A stretch of DNA of 64,000 nucleotides, from assembly GCA_003427395.1 (NCBI GenBank), contig BFEA01000001.1:3878501-3942500 (forward strand), written 5' to 3'. Origin of the DNA: Chara braunii. Taxonomy: Eukaryota; Plantae; Charophyceae. Below are positions 12,380-24,938 of this stretch, in pieces; within the stretch, counting starts at the first letter, position 1, and each line of letters starts with the position of its first letter. The notes under the pieces are model-generated. The model made no database searches, was not told where the DNA came from, and worked only from the letters and a program-made list of their open reading frames with translations. Made by a program: the position numbers and the translations under genes.

Positions 12380-14290
12380 TCAGTTTCCCGAGTTAGCTGG
12401 ATGAGGTACCTTTGCCTTGCCCTTGTCCGGGCATTGTGCAGTAGTGTGGTTTACACTGTTGCACCAAAAAGAATACGCATACCGTTTTCGAAGTTCAAAA
12501 ACTTCCTTGATGTTGTATGGTTTCCATGGTTGCTGCCCAGTCTCCGTTGCTGTCATCCCTTGTGTCGCCTTGTTCTTCCGAACCCTTTTTAAACGCTTTG
12601 ACGGGAGCGCTGTGACAACTCCTCCATCACTCGAGGAGGCTGCTGCAGCGTGGAGATCAGGCGATCCGTCAGCGATCACCGAATTGTTATGCGCCGGCCT
12701 TTGGTAGGCTTGCTTAGCCACATATTGCGGCTGGGACTGCCTTTTGTTGGCGGCCTTGTCATCCGTTTGGATGACCAGGTTAGCACGGTCAAGGATGGCC
12801 TTGAACGAGGCATAGTCGTACTCGTTACCGAGTGCTGACCGCAGTCCTCCGCGCGATCACGAAAAGAATTCGGATCGCAGGTTTATGAAACTTAAGTCGG
12901 AACCAGGAGTGGTTACTATCTTCTGCCACTCGATCGTCCAGTCTCGTGTTGTCATGTTCCCTTCATGGCTGTCTTCACTACGTTTCGGACCATGAATCGA
13001 GTGTGCCACATTTGCTCGAGCTGCTCCCACATGATGTGTTTGTGCAGGTCGGCGATGGTGGTTCCCAGCTTGGCCACCGTGTGGTTCATGAAATGTTTGT
13101 GCTCCTCCAATGAGTTGGCGGTTGAGTGTTGTCATCATCAGGTCGTCTGGTACGTGGTGGCAGGCAGCTTCCGTGACGAAGGTTTGCCACCATGCTAATG
13201 CATCCGTTTTGTTGTAGTCGTCGAACTTGGCGATGCTGAAGCGTGGCATCTTGAATATCTTCGCAGCGGCTTCCGGTCGTGACTGCAGTTTGGTGATGTC
13301 CGTCTTGATGGCGGCCACCGTGCTGCTGATTGTGGCCGGACTGGTGAAGTCACCCAGGTCGCCGATGATGGTGACGACATGGTCGATGCGCTCTCCGAGC
13401 TGCTTCGCTATGTCCGTCGTGCAGCCTGGCGCTGCTGAGGGCTTAGCCTCGATGCTGTTCAGGCATGTGATAGTGGATGCCAACAGCTGTTGCTGTTGTT
13501 GCTGATGTTGTGCTGCTGCGCGGATGGCAGCTATCAAAGTTGCAGATTCTCTCTGCTGAGTCTGTCTCAGCTGCCGTCCAGTTTGCGCGTGCGCAATCTG
13601 CATCGTATTGTTCCACATTACCGCCCTCATCATACACAGCATCACGTTAGCCAGGTTACTCCTTTCCGCCTCCGCCGGTGTCAGATCCGCCTGCTCGTCC
13701 GTAGGCACAAAGATCATGCCTTCCACTGACTCTCATTCTGAATCAAGGACTCAGTGCTGGCGGCATTCTGCTTGTCTCGAGCCGTTGCATCAGCTTCAGC
13801 AGTCCACTGAGCTTGGGTTGCCGCCTCTTTGGCAAACCGCTGACGTTCTGCTTCTGCTGCCCCTTGCTGTGCCTTTGCTGTGGCTACGGCATCCGTGAAT
13901 GCCTGCACCCACTGAAGGTAAGCTGCCAAAGTCTCGTGGTCCCCTTGGGCCGGACAGGTGGGAAGGACCCCTGTGGTGGCCGGTACTGCAGCTACTGCAT
14001 TGGTACTGGATGCCGCTGGAGCCGTTCGCCTGCTGCGTCATTGTTGCTGATACTTAGGTCGTGGAGGTACCACAGTGTGGCTGCGAACTGCGAGCCTGGC
14101 ACTGCGTCGTGGCAGTGCCCCGGTGTCCTGTTCCGTCGACATCGGCACCGCTGATGTGGTACTTGGAGACCTCGGTGGTCACAGAGTACTGGTCCCCAGG
14201 CCGCCCGGCGGCCTGGCCGTCGCCCGAGGAGGGGGCCGGGCCGTCTGGCCAGTTGTCGCGCCCGGTTGGCCACCGGGCGCCCCCAGCGCA
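12380..14290 (-). pseudogene. gag of the chromovirus (fragmented)
   Basis: Coiled-coil and capsid-like ORF pieces (KMPRFSIAKFDDYNKTDALAWWQTF) and a degenerate zinc knuckle SFWCNSVNHTTAQC upstream of the protease. Confidence 0.7.
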
Positions 14291-14790
14291 TCACTGTAGG
14301 TTAGGTTTTTTTTTTTTTACGACGCCGGGGCCCTTTTTGCCCCCTACATAAACCGTGTGGACCGTGAAAAAAAAAAAACGCGGCCGGTAGGCCCGATTTC
14401 ACCGATTTGAAATCGGGCACCATCTGGATCGTCGATCTCAAAGATCGACGGCCCAGATTGCCCCGATTTCAAATGGGTGAGGGCGGGAACTACCGGCCCC
14501 CGTTCCCTCCCCCGTGCTGAAAACCGACGTCCCCCCTTCCCTGCCTTGCAGCAAGTGTGTCCGCCGGCGCAACTTCAACGCGCTTCTTCGACGCACCCCG
14601 CCGGCACCCACCAACGTCCGCCATCGCGCGTGACCTTGCCATCGCCCGCCAACGGCCGCCTTCAACAAGGTAAGGGACTTAGTTGGAGAGAGAGAGAGAG
14701 AGAGAACTTCTTCTTCTTCTTCTTCTTCTTCTTCGCTTTTTCTTCTTCTTCTTCTTCTTCTCCGATTTTGCTCACCCTATCTATGGAAGT

Positions 14791-14831
<41 letters not shown>

Positions 14832-16373
14832 NNNNNNNNNNNNNNNNNNNNNNNNNNNNNNNNNNNNNNNNNNNNNNNNNNNNNNNNNNNNNNNNNNNNN
14901 NNNNNNNNNNNNNNNNNNNNNNNNNNNNNNNNNNNNNNNNNNNNNNNNNNNNNNNNNNNNNNNNNNNNNNNNNNNNNNNNNNNNNNNNNNNNNNNNNNNN
15001 NNNNNNNNNNNNNNNNNNNNNNNNNNNNNNNNNNNNNNNNNNNNNNNNNNNNNNNNNNNNNNNNNNNNNNNNNNNNNNNNNNNNNNNNNNNNNNNNNNNN
15101 NNNNNNNNNNNNNNNNNNNNNNNNNNNNNNNNNNNNNNNNNNNNNNNNNNNNNNNNNNNNNNNNNNNNNNNNNNNNNNNNNNNNNNNNNNNNNNNNNNNN
15201 NNNNNNNNNNNNNNNNNNNNNNNNNNNNNNNNNNNNNNNNNNNNNNNNNNNNNNNNNNNNNNNNNNNNNNNNNNNNNNNNNNNNNNNNNNNNNNNNNNNN
15301 NNNNNNNNNNNNNNNNNNNNNNNNNNNNNNNNNNNNNNNNNNNNNNNNNNNNNNNNNNNNNNNNNNNNNNNNNNNNNNNNNNNNNNNNNNNNNNNNNNNN
15401 NNNNNNNNNNNNNNNNNNNNNNNNNNNNNNNNNNNNNNNNNNNNNNNNNNNNNNNNNNNNNNNNNNNNNNNNNNNNNNNNNNNNNNNNNNNNNNNNNNNN
15501 NNNNNNNNNNNNNNNNNNNNNNNNNNNNNNNNNNNNNNNNNNNNNNNNNNNNNNNNNNNNNNNNNNNNNNNNNNNNNNNNNNNNNNNNNNNNNNNNNNNN
15601 NNNNNNNNNNNNNNNNNNNNNNNNNNNNNNNNNNNNNNNNNNNNNNNNNNNNNNNNNNNNNNNNNNNNNNNNNNNNNNNNNNNNNNNNNNNNNNNNNNNN
15701 NNNNNNNNNNNNNNNNNNNNNNNNNNNNNNNNNNNNNNNNNNNNNNNNNNNCCGGCCGGGCGGCGGCCCAGCCTAGTAAATAACTAGTAAGGAATAATGA
15801 ATAATAATTAATCATCAATCAAATAAAAGTTAATAATTATCAATAACGAATTTTGACTTGTCGGTAGATTAGGTGTCCGTTGAGATCACCTATAGTCCGG
15901 GAGTTCACCGTTGTTAGTGAACTTCCTGGAACTTGCAGTTCTGGGGTAAACGATTTCGGACAGGCTGCGAACTGAAAAGAAAATTTGGACAATTAGGAAA
16001 AGGAAAAACGCTCGAATTTTGGGGGAAAAAACGTGAATTTTTGGGAATTTCAACCTAAAATAGTCCGATTTTCAGAAGGCCTAAGTCCACATTCGGAAAT
16101 TCAACAATTAGGGACAAGAAAAAAAATCGCAAAAATTTTGGACTTCAACCCTAATTTTCCACGATTTCGCGGAAATTCCGGTTTATGGTTCCAGAAAACA
16201 CGAATCTTCCCCTAATGCGAAAAACCAAAATTACTCCATACCGAATTAAAAATAGAATTTTGCAACTTGAATCTTCGATGGCAATGCAGAGCTAATACGG
16301 AAACAGAATGCTAATTAAGCAATCGATTTCCTAATCAGAATTACCCTTGTGAGCAGATCCACTTAATTGGTCT

Positions 16374-16385
16374 GCTCAGATAGCA
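16374..16385 (-). promoter_or_regulatory. Primer binding site, tRNA-iMet type (degenerate)
   Basis: TGCTATCTGAGC, 3 nt after the LTR end, versus canonical TGGTATCAGAGC (10/12). Confidence 0.75.
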
Positions 16386-16388
16386 AAC

Positions 16389-17421
16389 TGTTGCATACTA
16401 GTGAATACTTCACCAAGTATGCGCAGAACCAAAGATCAACCAAGTTAGGATGAGCATGTATACAGCGAAGTCTGAGAAATGGACTGACTCACATAGACTG
16501 AACTCACCCAAACATCACTCAACACACAAGCAATTGTGAGATGGTGGGATCTAAAGCCGTATAGACGATGCCTCAGGCCCCGCACAACCATACGCAGATG
16601 AATGGTGGGAGGAGAGACGATGGAGGTGGGAGATATGGACAGCGCCCGACGTCACCGAGATAGAATCCAGAAGGTCACCAATATGGTAGCCCAAAATGTC
16701 ATCGAACAAAATCAGAATGTCGCGGACATAAGTCATCAATGTCGGAGGTCCAGAATCCTAATGTAACCGATGTCCGATCTGCGATACCGCCAGGTAACAC
16801 TCCCAACTATTTCCAATGTCTCGAATCCGTAAGTATCATAGCCTCCTACCACCGATGTCCAATCACTGATCTCTGTCCAACTCGTATCAAAAGTCTCCAG
16901 TCTGAAGAAGGAGAAGAAGAAGAAGAAGAAGTCTGTGAAGGAGAAGAAGAAGAAGTCGGTGAAGGAGAAGAAGAAGAAGTCTGAAGGAGAAGAAGAGGAG
17001 AGGGGCAGAGCACTAGCAGAGATGGCGAGTAGCTCCAGGCCCTACCTGATGGTACAAGGTGGCACCTTGGCTGCTGCGGGAGACGGCTGTGCTGCTGGGA
17101 GATATGGCGCCCGTGGCTGCTGTCAGGTAAGTCTCCCTCCTCGCTCCTCCCTACTGCAGTGCGCTAAACTTAGCGCTGCAGTTCCCAGCGCTGTGCTGAA
17201 ACCAGAACAGCACAACGCGGTCGCTCCTCAGTCCGCTTCTCCAAGATACTGGAAAGGCCGCTGGACCGGCCTAAGTACCGTCCGGCGGCCGGTCGGCCTC
17301 AATGCTGCCCCAGCGCGCCGTGATCTGAATCGTCAAGATTGACGATTCAGATCAGACCGGCGAGCGGCAGCCTCAAGAGCGCCGCCAGGCCCAACGGTAA
17401 TGTCGTTTGGGCCTATACCTG
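16389..17421 (-). repeat. 5' LTR of the chromovirus, missing about 140 bp of its 5' end
   Basis: Ends ...ATGCAACA on the minus strand, followed by the PBS. Homology to the 3' LTR stops at gggcctatacctg (17421 vs 8301). Confidence 0.85.
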
Positions 17422-17929
17422 AGGTTTTTCGGAAACACGATTCAGGTTTCACAACCGCTATCACCAAAATAATAAAGGACACAGCCGATCTTGCCAGCTT
17501 CAACTGCTCTGGATCTCACAACGTCGTTACCAGGCTTCTGACCACTACCAAATAGGTCACTTCTTCCGCCGAGGAGCCATCTACAAAACCTCTCTGGACG
17601 TCCCAAACCAAAATTACGCTTGCAGCCCTCATCGTCACAGTCGCTGTGACGTTCTCCCACTCCCTCCCTGCCAAACTGGAGGAGGAAGAGCACAGCCCTT
17701 CTGATGATTTCTGGCCTTCTAGGTTTGTTGGTATGTGCACCTCCCTTTTCGGGTATACTCACACTAGACTGTCTTACTTATTTCTGGACACGATTGCCAT
17801 CGGTTGAATCCACGTCCGGCCGTAATTATGGTCAGATGCATTCAGTAGAGTGGTAGTGTGAATACGCCCTTATTCGTAAGCTGTAGTGCAGAGGTGCAAG
17901 GCTGCTGTTTCTAGAATTAGTCGTGTCTG

Positions 17930-18096
17930 CCGCAGTAGATTGCACACGTGCATGACTGCGCTTTCGAGAATTTGCTGTGCCGGCCACTGTAGCTTGGTAG
18001 TGGAATGTTGGTTGCCGCAGTAGATTGCACACGTGCATGACTGCGCTTTCGAGAATTCACTGTCTGCCACTGTAGCTTGGTAGTGGAATGTTGGTT
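17930..18096. repeat. Tandem duplication of about 85 bp
   Basis: gccgcagtagattgcacacgtgcatgactgcgctttcgagaatt...gtggaatgttggtt occurs twice. Confidence 0.85.
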
Positions 18097-18935
18097 AAGG
18101 GATGAATTTAGCTCGACTCACTGATGAGACCATGGCAGCCCAAAATGCATCAGGGATGTAACAAAGGATAGTGCCGATTTGTTGAATATCATGGTGCATC
18201 GTTGAACTACCAGGGCCCCCGACGCTATTTAAACGAACTGACACTTCTTTTCCAAGCCCATACTAGACCCAAAACATGCGGGCTTACCGGTGGTGCAGCA
18301 GGAAGCAAAACGTTTGTTGTTGCTTAGCCACTGGCCCGCAATACCGGCCCATCCCACAGCCACCAGGATGCATAAAATTGTGCATTTTCGAGGCGCGCAA
18401 TACCGGCCCATCCCACAGCCACCAGGATGCATAAAATTGTGCATTTTCGAGGCGCTCGTAGTAATAGGCACCAGGTGGTTTAACAGATAAGCAGTCAACA
18501 AGGATTGGAACAGTCTCTCTTTTTCAATTTCCAGTTGGACATGTTGATTTCCTTCCCTTACCTTTTTCTGTTTTTCTTTCAAAAAAAGGGCAGCAGCTCT
18601 GAAACATATCAACTGATGGCCAGTACACGTCTTTTTTCCATGTACTTTTCCTCTCTTTTTCTTTTTCTTCTTCTTTATCTTTTTCTTTTTCTTTTTCTGT
18701 CTTCTAATTTTTGTAGCATATATCTCAATCCGTGAATGTCATCGAGTACACTGACCACCAGCCTGCCCAAGGTCCATGGTTCTCATAGAAACACCCCTTT
18801 TTGCAAAACTCCTTATCAATTTGATGGTTAACTCATGTGTCTTTGTAGGGAGCGTGATAATAGGACGGATGACGAGTTGATATAACTTGATAACTCATGT
18901 GCCTTTGTAGAGAGCTGCCCAAAGCCCAAACTGAC

Positions 18936-19025
18936 CTGTTGTCGCATGGCTTCCTCCGTGACGGTCTGATTAGCAATACATAACTCCATGTATGGCTGGA
19001 ACGAGCGCTTGAACTCTTCGGCATC
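18936..19025 (-). CDS. Next exon (90 bp, phase 0/0) of the same dynein heavy chain gene
   Basis: Poly-T tract plus cag acceptor and CAG|gtcagt donor. Peptide DAEEFKRSFQPYMELCIANQTVTEEAMRQQ continues in frame. Confidence 0.65.
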
Positions 19026-19643
19026 CTGTAAAAAAAAAAAATAACAAGAGGAAAGTGGTGTCACACACACAATCCCTGCCTGCAGTAGTCCATGGTCTGA
19101 GGATCAAACAACAGCAAAACACCAGCCCAAGAACGACGCCGCACGGTCACTTTTTTTTCTTTTTCTTCTTTCTTGTCCCCTGCCAGCTCAATCACCCAAC
19201 TGGACAACCCATATCTGCACAATCATTTTTCTTGTCCCTTTCCCTCCCACACAACCCCTCTCCCCTATTTTCCTTTTTCTACCCCAATTAATCACCACCT
19301 CTGCTCTCACACCTCCCAGCCTTCCTCAGGCAACCATCGCTGGCAACATCAGCTCTCCTCGCCCGGCCGCGGGGCCTGGACAGCCAAGCTGTCCCCAGCC
19401 GCCCCACCCGTAGCCCAGGCCCACTCAAAGATCAATCATTCATCGGGCCACCAAATGAAACACTTTCAACCCCCTCCCCATTCTCCTCCCCTCTCTACCA
19501 GACAGCTCGACAGTAGTCGCCATGAAGCCTCAGCCTTAACAGCACAGCCAAGTGCCACGATCCCATCATCCCAATCAACTCTTCCCCGCTTTGCTTGCTT
19601 TGCTTTGCCAACAGCACAGGCAAGTGCCACAATCCCATCATCC

Positions 19644-19726
<83 letters not shown>

Positions 19727-20172
19727 ACACACACACACACANNNNNNNNNNNNNNNNNNNNNNNNNNNNNNNNNNNNNNNNNNNNNNNNNNNNNNNNNNN
19801 NNNNNNNNNNNNNNNNNNNNNNNNNNNNNNNNNNNNNNNNNNNNNNNNNNNNNNNNNNNNNNNNNNNNNNNNNNNNNNNNNNNNNNNNNNNNNNNNNNNN
19901 NNNNNNNNNNNNNNNNNNNNNNNNNNNNNNNNNNNNNNNNNNNNNNNNNNNNNNNNNNNNNNNNNNNNNNNNNNNNNNNNNNNNNNNNNNNNNNNNNNNN
20001 NNNNNNNNNNNNNNNNNNNNNNNNNNNNNNNNNNNNNNNNNNNNNNNNNNNNNNNNNNNNNNNNNNNNNNNNNNNNNNNNNNNNNNNNNNNNNNNNNNNN
20101 NNNNNNNNNNNNNNNNNNNNNNNNNNNNNNNNNNNNNNNNNNNNNNNNNNNNNNNNNNNNNNNNNNNNNNNN

Positions 20173-20195
20173 ATCTAGATGTGTATAAGAGACAG
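20173..20195. other. Partial Nextera junction adapter at a gap edge; assembly artefact
   Basis: ATCT AGATGTGTATAAGAGACAG. Confidence 0.97.
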
Positions 20196-20263
20196 CTCTC
20201 TCTCCCCCCCCACACACACACACACACAGTTCGCGTGAACCCCACAAAAAAGCATGACTGTGC

Positions 20264-20320
20264 CAGACTGTTCCGTTGGACTTTCACCAACTCATCAGGA
20301 AATTGAACCCCGACAGTCTG
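20264..20320 (-). ncRNA. Type III hammerhead ribozyme-like motif (copy 2)
   Basis: Minus strand: CAGACTGT-C | GGGGTTCAATTTC | CTGATGA | GTTGG-TGAAAGT-CCAAC | GGA-ACAGTCTG. Stems II and III are perfect; GAAA is mutated to GGAA. Confidence 0.72.
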
Positions 20321-21221
20321 CCCACGATGCATTTGCATGCATGCGTGTGTTCGTGCTTGTGTGCGTGCATGTGCTTGTTCGAGTGGACGGGCAGGCGCCG
20401 CCAAAGATACATGGGGGGGCCAAACCGCTGTGCCCAAGAGGAGACCGTCCCACCTGGAACCGGTTTCTCCCCACACCTGGCAGCCCTAACTTCGGTTGGG
20501 CTGCAAACTTCTAATCTGGGCCATTGGCCAACTGGTACGAGGCCAACGGCCCTGATTGCCCTGTGACCTTAAAGTTTTACCATCGCAGGGCAATCCGGGC
20601 CGTCGGGCCGGTAGGACCGCGAACAGCCTGGATCGCCATGCGATCCTAAAATCTCAAGATCGCGAAGCAATCCTAGTCCGTGGACGGCCCGGATGCCAAA
20701 ATTCTCACATTAGCGATTTTAACAAGTGTAGGGACACGGCAAAAAAGAATAAACCACCCTGACACAGCTGAAACATGTGCAAGCCCCGAGAAACTCTGCT
20801 GTCTTCTCTTCTTCTTCCTCCCAAGACCCCCCTGCCTATACCAATCCTCCCTTTAGAAAACTCTCATCGGAATTCTTTTTTCTTTCACCCTCCACTGCAC
20901 TAACTGCAGGGCCTTGTGGAGGAGGGCCCACCACCTGAGTGCTCCCATTTTTATTTCCTTCAAGCAACAGAAGAAAGCCTAACGTGCCCTTCTGGACATG
21001 CCTTAAAATAATGGAACAATAGGAGAGTTAAACCACTAGTACCTCCGCCAGTGTTGGGAAACTAGGGATAACTGGCAGTTCTCCCAAACTCCTAAAAAAT
21101 CGGAGGCCGGGCCCGACAACGGCTGCCACTGATAAATCCGATCAGCGGCCCTCATTTTGTTTCGGCCTCCTAAAAAGTTGAGGCCCACCCGAGGGGTATT
21201 TTCCCACTATAGTGGTTTAAC

Positions 21222-21522
21222 CTAGGCTACCAGAGTGGCCCAGGTCCACTTGCCCGGCCGGGTCAAAAAGACCAAAATAAAAAAACAAAATTATTTTTTA
21301 TCAAATTTTATGCTATTTTTTATTTTAAAATTTTGGTAAAGAATTCCGATGTGACCCTGAGGCAAAAGTTGTTCAGTTTATTTTTCTGCATAACATAGTT
21401 TTTTTTTCGGATTTTTTGGATTTCTTTTTTTGGGGGGGGGGGGCTGAGACCTTCCCTGGTCCTTGCACGGCCGGGCCGCCCGGAAAAATAGGGTGACCCG
21501 GGCGGCCCGGCTGGTAGCCTTG
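21222..21522. mobile_element. hAT-like MITE (301 bp)
   Basis: TIRs CTAGGCTACCAG / CTGGTAGCCTTG; 8-bp TSD ggtttaac / agtttaac. Confidence 0.75.
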
Positions 21523-22029
21523 AGTTTAACAAATTAACACTTGGAAAAAAAAAAGGGAAAAAAAAACTTATTGCCGATGCACAAGATCGACACAAATAAA
21601 TCGGGAAAAGCTGTAGAGCCAACCTCCCAATTGGATCTAGTGGGCCCTGGTCCCATCTTCCCAATTGGATCTAGTGGACCCTGGTCCATTCCTCCCAATT
21701 GGACCAACTGGACCCTCTTTCCATCCTCCCAATTGGATCAAGTGGGAAGCTTCACTTCATTTAATTGACAAAGAATTCCCGCTTCCTGGAAGACGCCGTT
21801 ACAATTGACACCAGTCGTAATTAATTATGATATTTTTTTGTCGAAAGCCAAAGAAGCTGTTTTTATTTGAGTAATTACACCTATTCCGGGTGAATCAAAT
21901 CATATTTGACTTGACTTTCGGAAAATCCATGTACCCTCCAAATTCACAAATCCCATTGGTTCCCGGTTCCGTCCTCCCAATTGGATCAAGTGGACCCATG
22001 CAACAATAGGAGAGCCAACCTACCAGTTT

Positions 22030-23100
22030 GACTCCAGTGGAGTTCCAGCCTCCATATATATCGTCAAACAGAAATGTCCCAAATAGAAAAAGACCCTACA
22101 TTCTTTCGAGCAAAGCCTGCACAGCTCCCTGGTAAACCCAAGCCACGTGCAAAATCTACACACAGATTCATCAGCTAGTGCAATCCCCGTAAGTTGTTTG
22201 CTCCTTTCGTACGAGGTCGAGATTGATTTCTCATTGGGAGAGAAATGTGGGCATCCTACGGAACAGCTAAGGGTTGCTGCTGGGACGACGCTGGTCGGAG
22301 CTGGGGTGAGTTGTGTCACCCTGTCACCTAGCAGGATGTGGGGTGTGAGACCTGGAAGAGCTCGGCAGGGAGTAGGACAGAGTTGAAAGACCTCGGAAGG
22401 GGCGTTAGGGATTCCAAGGGTTTCTGAGCATTTGTAGGACCCGCCACGTCTTTTTCTATGTTGTCAATTACAAGTTTTTACTTAGTTAAATCCAGTTCTC
22501 AAAACAGGGGGTAGTCTGTTCTGTCTTTAAAATGTCTTCTGGATCCTGGGGTTTCGTGGCAATCTCTTCTAGGTAGTCTCAAGGCTGTAATACTCGGTGA
22601 CTTAAGGCTATTCGACGCCAGAACGACGCTGGCCGGTGCCGGGGTGTTGCCCTGTAACCTGTTGACGCAGGGGCATGAGGCCTGGTAGAGAGATCTGGGG
22701 GTGCTTTGGGGGGGCATCCCACGGGACAACCAAGGGTTGCTGCTGAGACGACGCTGGCCGGAGCTGGGGTAAGTTGTGTTGCCCTGTAACCCAGCAGGAT
22801 GGGGGGTGTGAGGCCCGGAAGCTCGGCAGGGAATACGACAGTCTTGGAGATCCTTGGAAGGTTTTGTTAGGGATTTTGCGGGATTGGGGGCTTTTTTAGG
22901 ACTTCTGCAGTCTATTCCCGTACCTTTTTCTGAGCAACGGGAAGGAAAGGGATCGAGAGAGAAAGGTATCACGCGTCCTGCTAGTGAAGGGGCTAGCTGG
23001 TAGGACAGAAATAGGGCATAGCAGCAGTAGAGATGGTGGCTTTGCTGCAGTAAGTCTTGCCGGAGTGGGGTGAGGAGGACTGTTGGTGGATTCCCGAGTC
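22030..23100. repeat. Unclassified dispersed repeat with internal duplications; its right end also occurs at positions 1-52
   Basis: gacgacgctgg(t/c)cggagctggggt... is repeated near 22284 and 22747. ggtggct(c/t)tgctgcagtaagtcttgccggagtg occurs at 1 and 23035. Confidence 0.55.
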
Positions 23101-24743
23101 TTCTTCTGTTGTTTTATTATCTCTGAAGTTCCTTGCAAAAAAGCTCTGAAGTAGCTCTAAATTCCTTCAATTGGACTTTCTCAGAACATCCTTAGTTTCA
23201 CTGTTATGAAATTTCTGATGGTTTTTTTGAACTGCATGGGTCCTGGGGACCATCTCACGCAAGTGTGTACATGCCATGCATCGTACTCCCACACACAATG
23301 AGCAGTAGTCTGACAATAGACAAAGATAGAGAAGATGAGGACCGAGTTTCACAGTTTATATTATCAGAAATATGAATACAAAGTGTTTCAAAGTTCCCCT
23401 GAGTCCAGCGCTCATCAGCGCAACACCAATATCTTGCCAACTCATCAATATGCCTTCCAGTGAATCAGTGCTACCCCTGCAGATAGTCTCCAAGTCATCA
23501 ATGTGGTCACCACTCATCAGCGCCACCTCTGCAGGTCCCATCCACCTCAGGTAAGTATCTTCCATAGCCAACCTTGAATGAACACTCTCAGCCTCAATCC
23601 CTTCCTCCTATGATGCATACACACTCTTCAATACTCATGAAGATCTACTCTGGATACTACTCATAGCTACATACTAACCCTCTACTACTAATGCTAACTC
23701 GCTGGGCAGCTATAGCTGCATCACTTCCAGCGTACAGGCATCTTCCTCCCTCCAGCGCGTCTTCTCCTCCAGCGCTGCTCCTCCTGACTCAGCGCACAAG
23801 TGCACCAGCACTTCCACGCATTGCAGCCAGTGGAGATCTGGCGAGGAATGAGGCAGGCAGCTCTNNNNNNNNNNNNNNNNNNNNNNNNNNNNNNNNNNNN
23901 NNNNNNNNNNNNNNNNNNNNNNNNNNNNNNNNNNNNNNNNNNNNNNNNNNNNNNNNNNNNNNNNNNNNNNNNNNNNNNNNNNNNNNNNNNNNNNNNNNNN
24001 NNNNNNNNNNNNNNNNNNNNNNNNNNNNNNNNNNNNNNNNNNNNNNNNNNNNNNNNNNNNNNNNNNNNNNNNNNNNNNNNNNNNNNNNNNNNNNNNNNNN
24101 NNNNNNNNNNNNNNNNNNNNNNNNNNNNNNNNNNNNNNNNNNNNNNNNNNNNNNNNNNNNNNNNNNNNNNNNNNNNNNNNNNNNNNNNNNNNNNNNNNNN
24201 NNNNNNNNNNNNNNNNNNNNNNNNNNNNNNNNNNNNNNNNNNNNNNNNNNNNNNNNNNNNNNNNNNNNNNNNNNNNNNNNNNNNNNNNNNNNNNNNNNNN
24301 NNNNNNNNNNNNNNNNNNNNNNNNNNNNNNNNNNNNNNNNNNNNNNNNNNNNNNNNNNNNNNNNNNNNNNNNNNNNNNNNNNNNNNNNNNNNNNNNNNNN
24401 NNNNNNNNNNNNNNNNNNNNNNNNNNNNNNNNNNNNNNNNNNNNNNNNNNNNNNNNNNNNNNNNNNNNNNNNNNNNNAAAAAAAAAAAGAAGAAGAAGAA
24501 GAAGAAGAAGAAGAAGAAGAGGGTATCCCAAGCGGAACAAAAAAAAGGCACTAGGGAAGCAAAAAACAAAAAGAAAGGCACTATAAAGCAAAAACACTCC
24601 ATTACTTGTTTCTCAAAGTAATCGCTTCACACATTCTCATAAACCCATTTATCTTTTATGTAAACAACGCAGGAAATTCATGTCACCCCTTATGAAGAGC
24701 ACAACAAGTCAAACAAGCAGCAATAATGGGCATGGAGATCTAC

Positions 24744-24938
24744 CTGAAATACAAAGGTGAAAGAGTCCTTTATTCCGGCTGAGAGTTCTGTCTGTTTATC
24801 ATCTCCCATCAGCTCTATGAGACTGCCCGACCCTTCTGCATCATTATTCTGGTCCATGATTGATGCCAGTTGCTTCTTATTCAGCAGCCTGCCCACAATC
24901 CCAAGCGCTTCCAGCATCCCAGTTATGACTCGCCCAAT
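24744..24938 (-). CDS. Next exon (195 bp, phase 0/0) of the same dynein heavy chain gene
   Basis: ttttag|ATT acceptor and CAG|gtagat donor. 65 open codons (IGRVITGMLEALGIVGRLL...IKDSFTFVFQ) continue in frame from ...DFDQK. Confidence 0.68.

Larger units (their letters stand above)
7172..17421 (-). mobile_element. Decayed Ty3/Gypsy chromovirus LTR retrotransposon (5' LTR truncated; internal N-gap)
   Basis: Direct repeats 7172-8441 and 16389-17421, a PBS and a PPT, and gag-PR-RT-RH-INT-chromodomain order in several frameshifted ORFs. Confidence 0.93.

Noticed and set aside
14477-15818. Long ORFs spanning N-gaps and microsatellites (also near 19.2-20.5, 23.7-24.6, 26.2-27.5 and 28.6-29.4 kb)
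   Set aside because: Artefacts of Ns and simple repeats.
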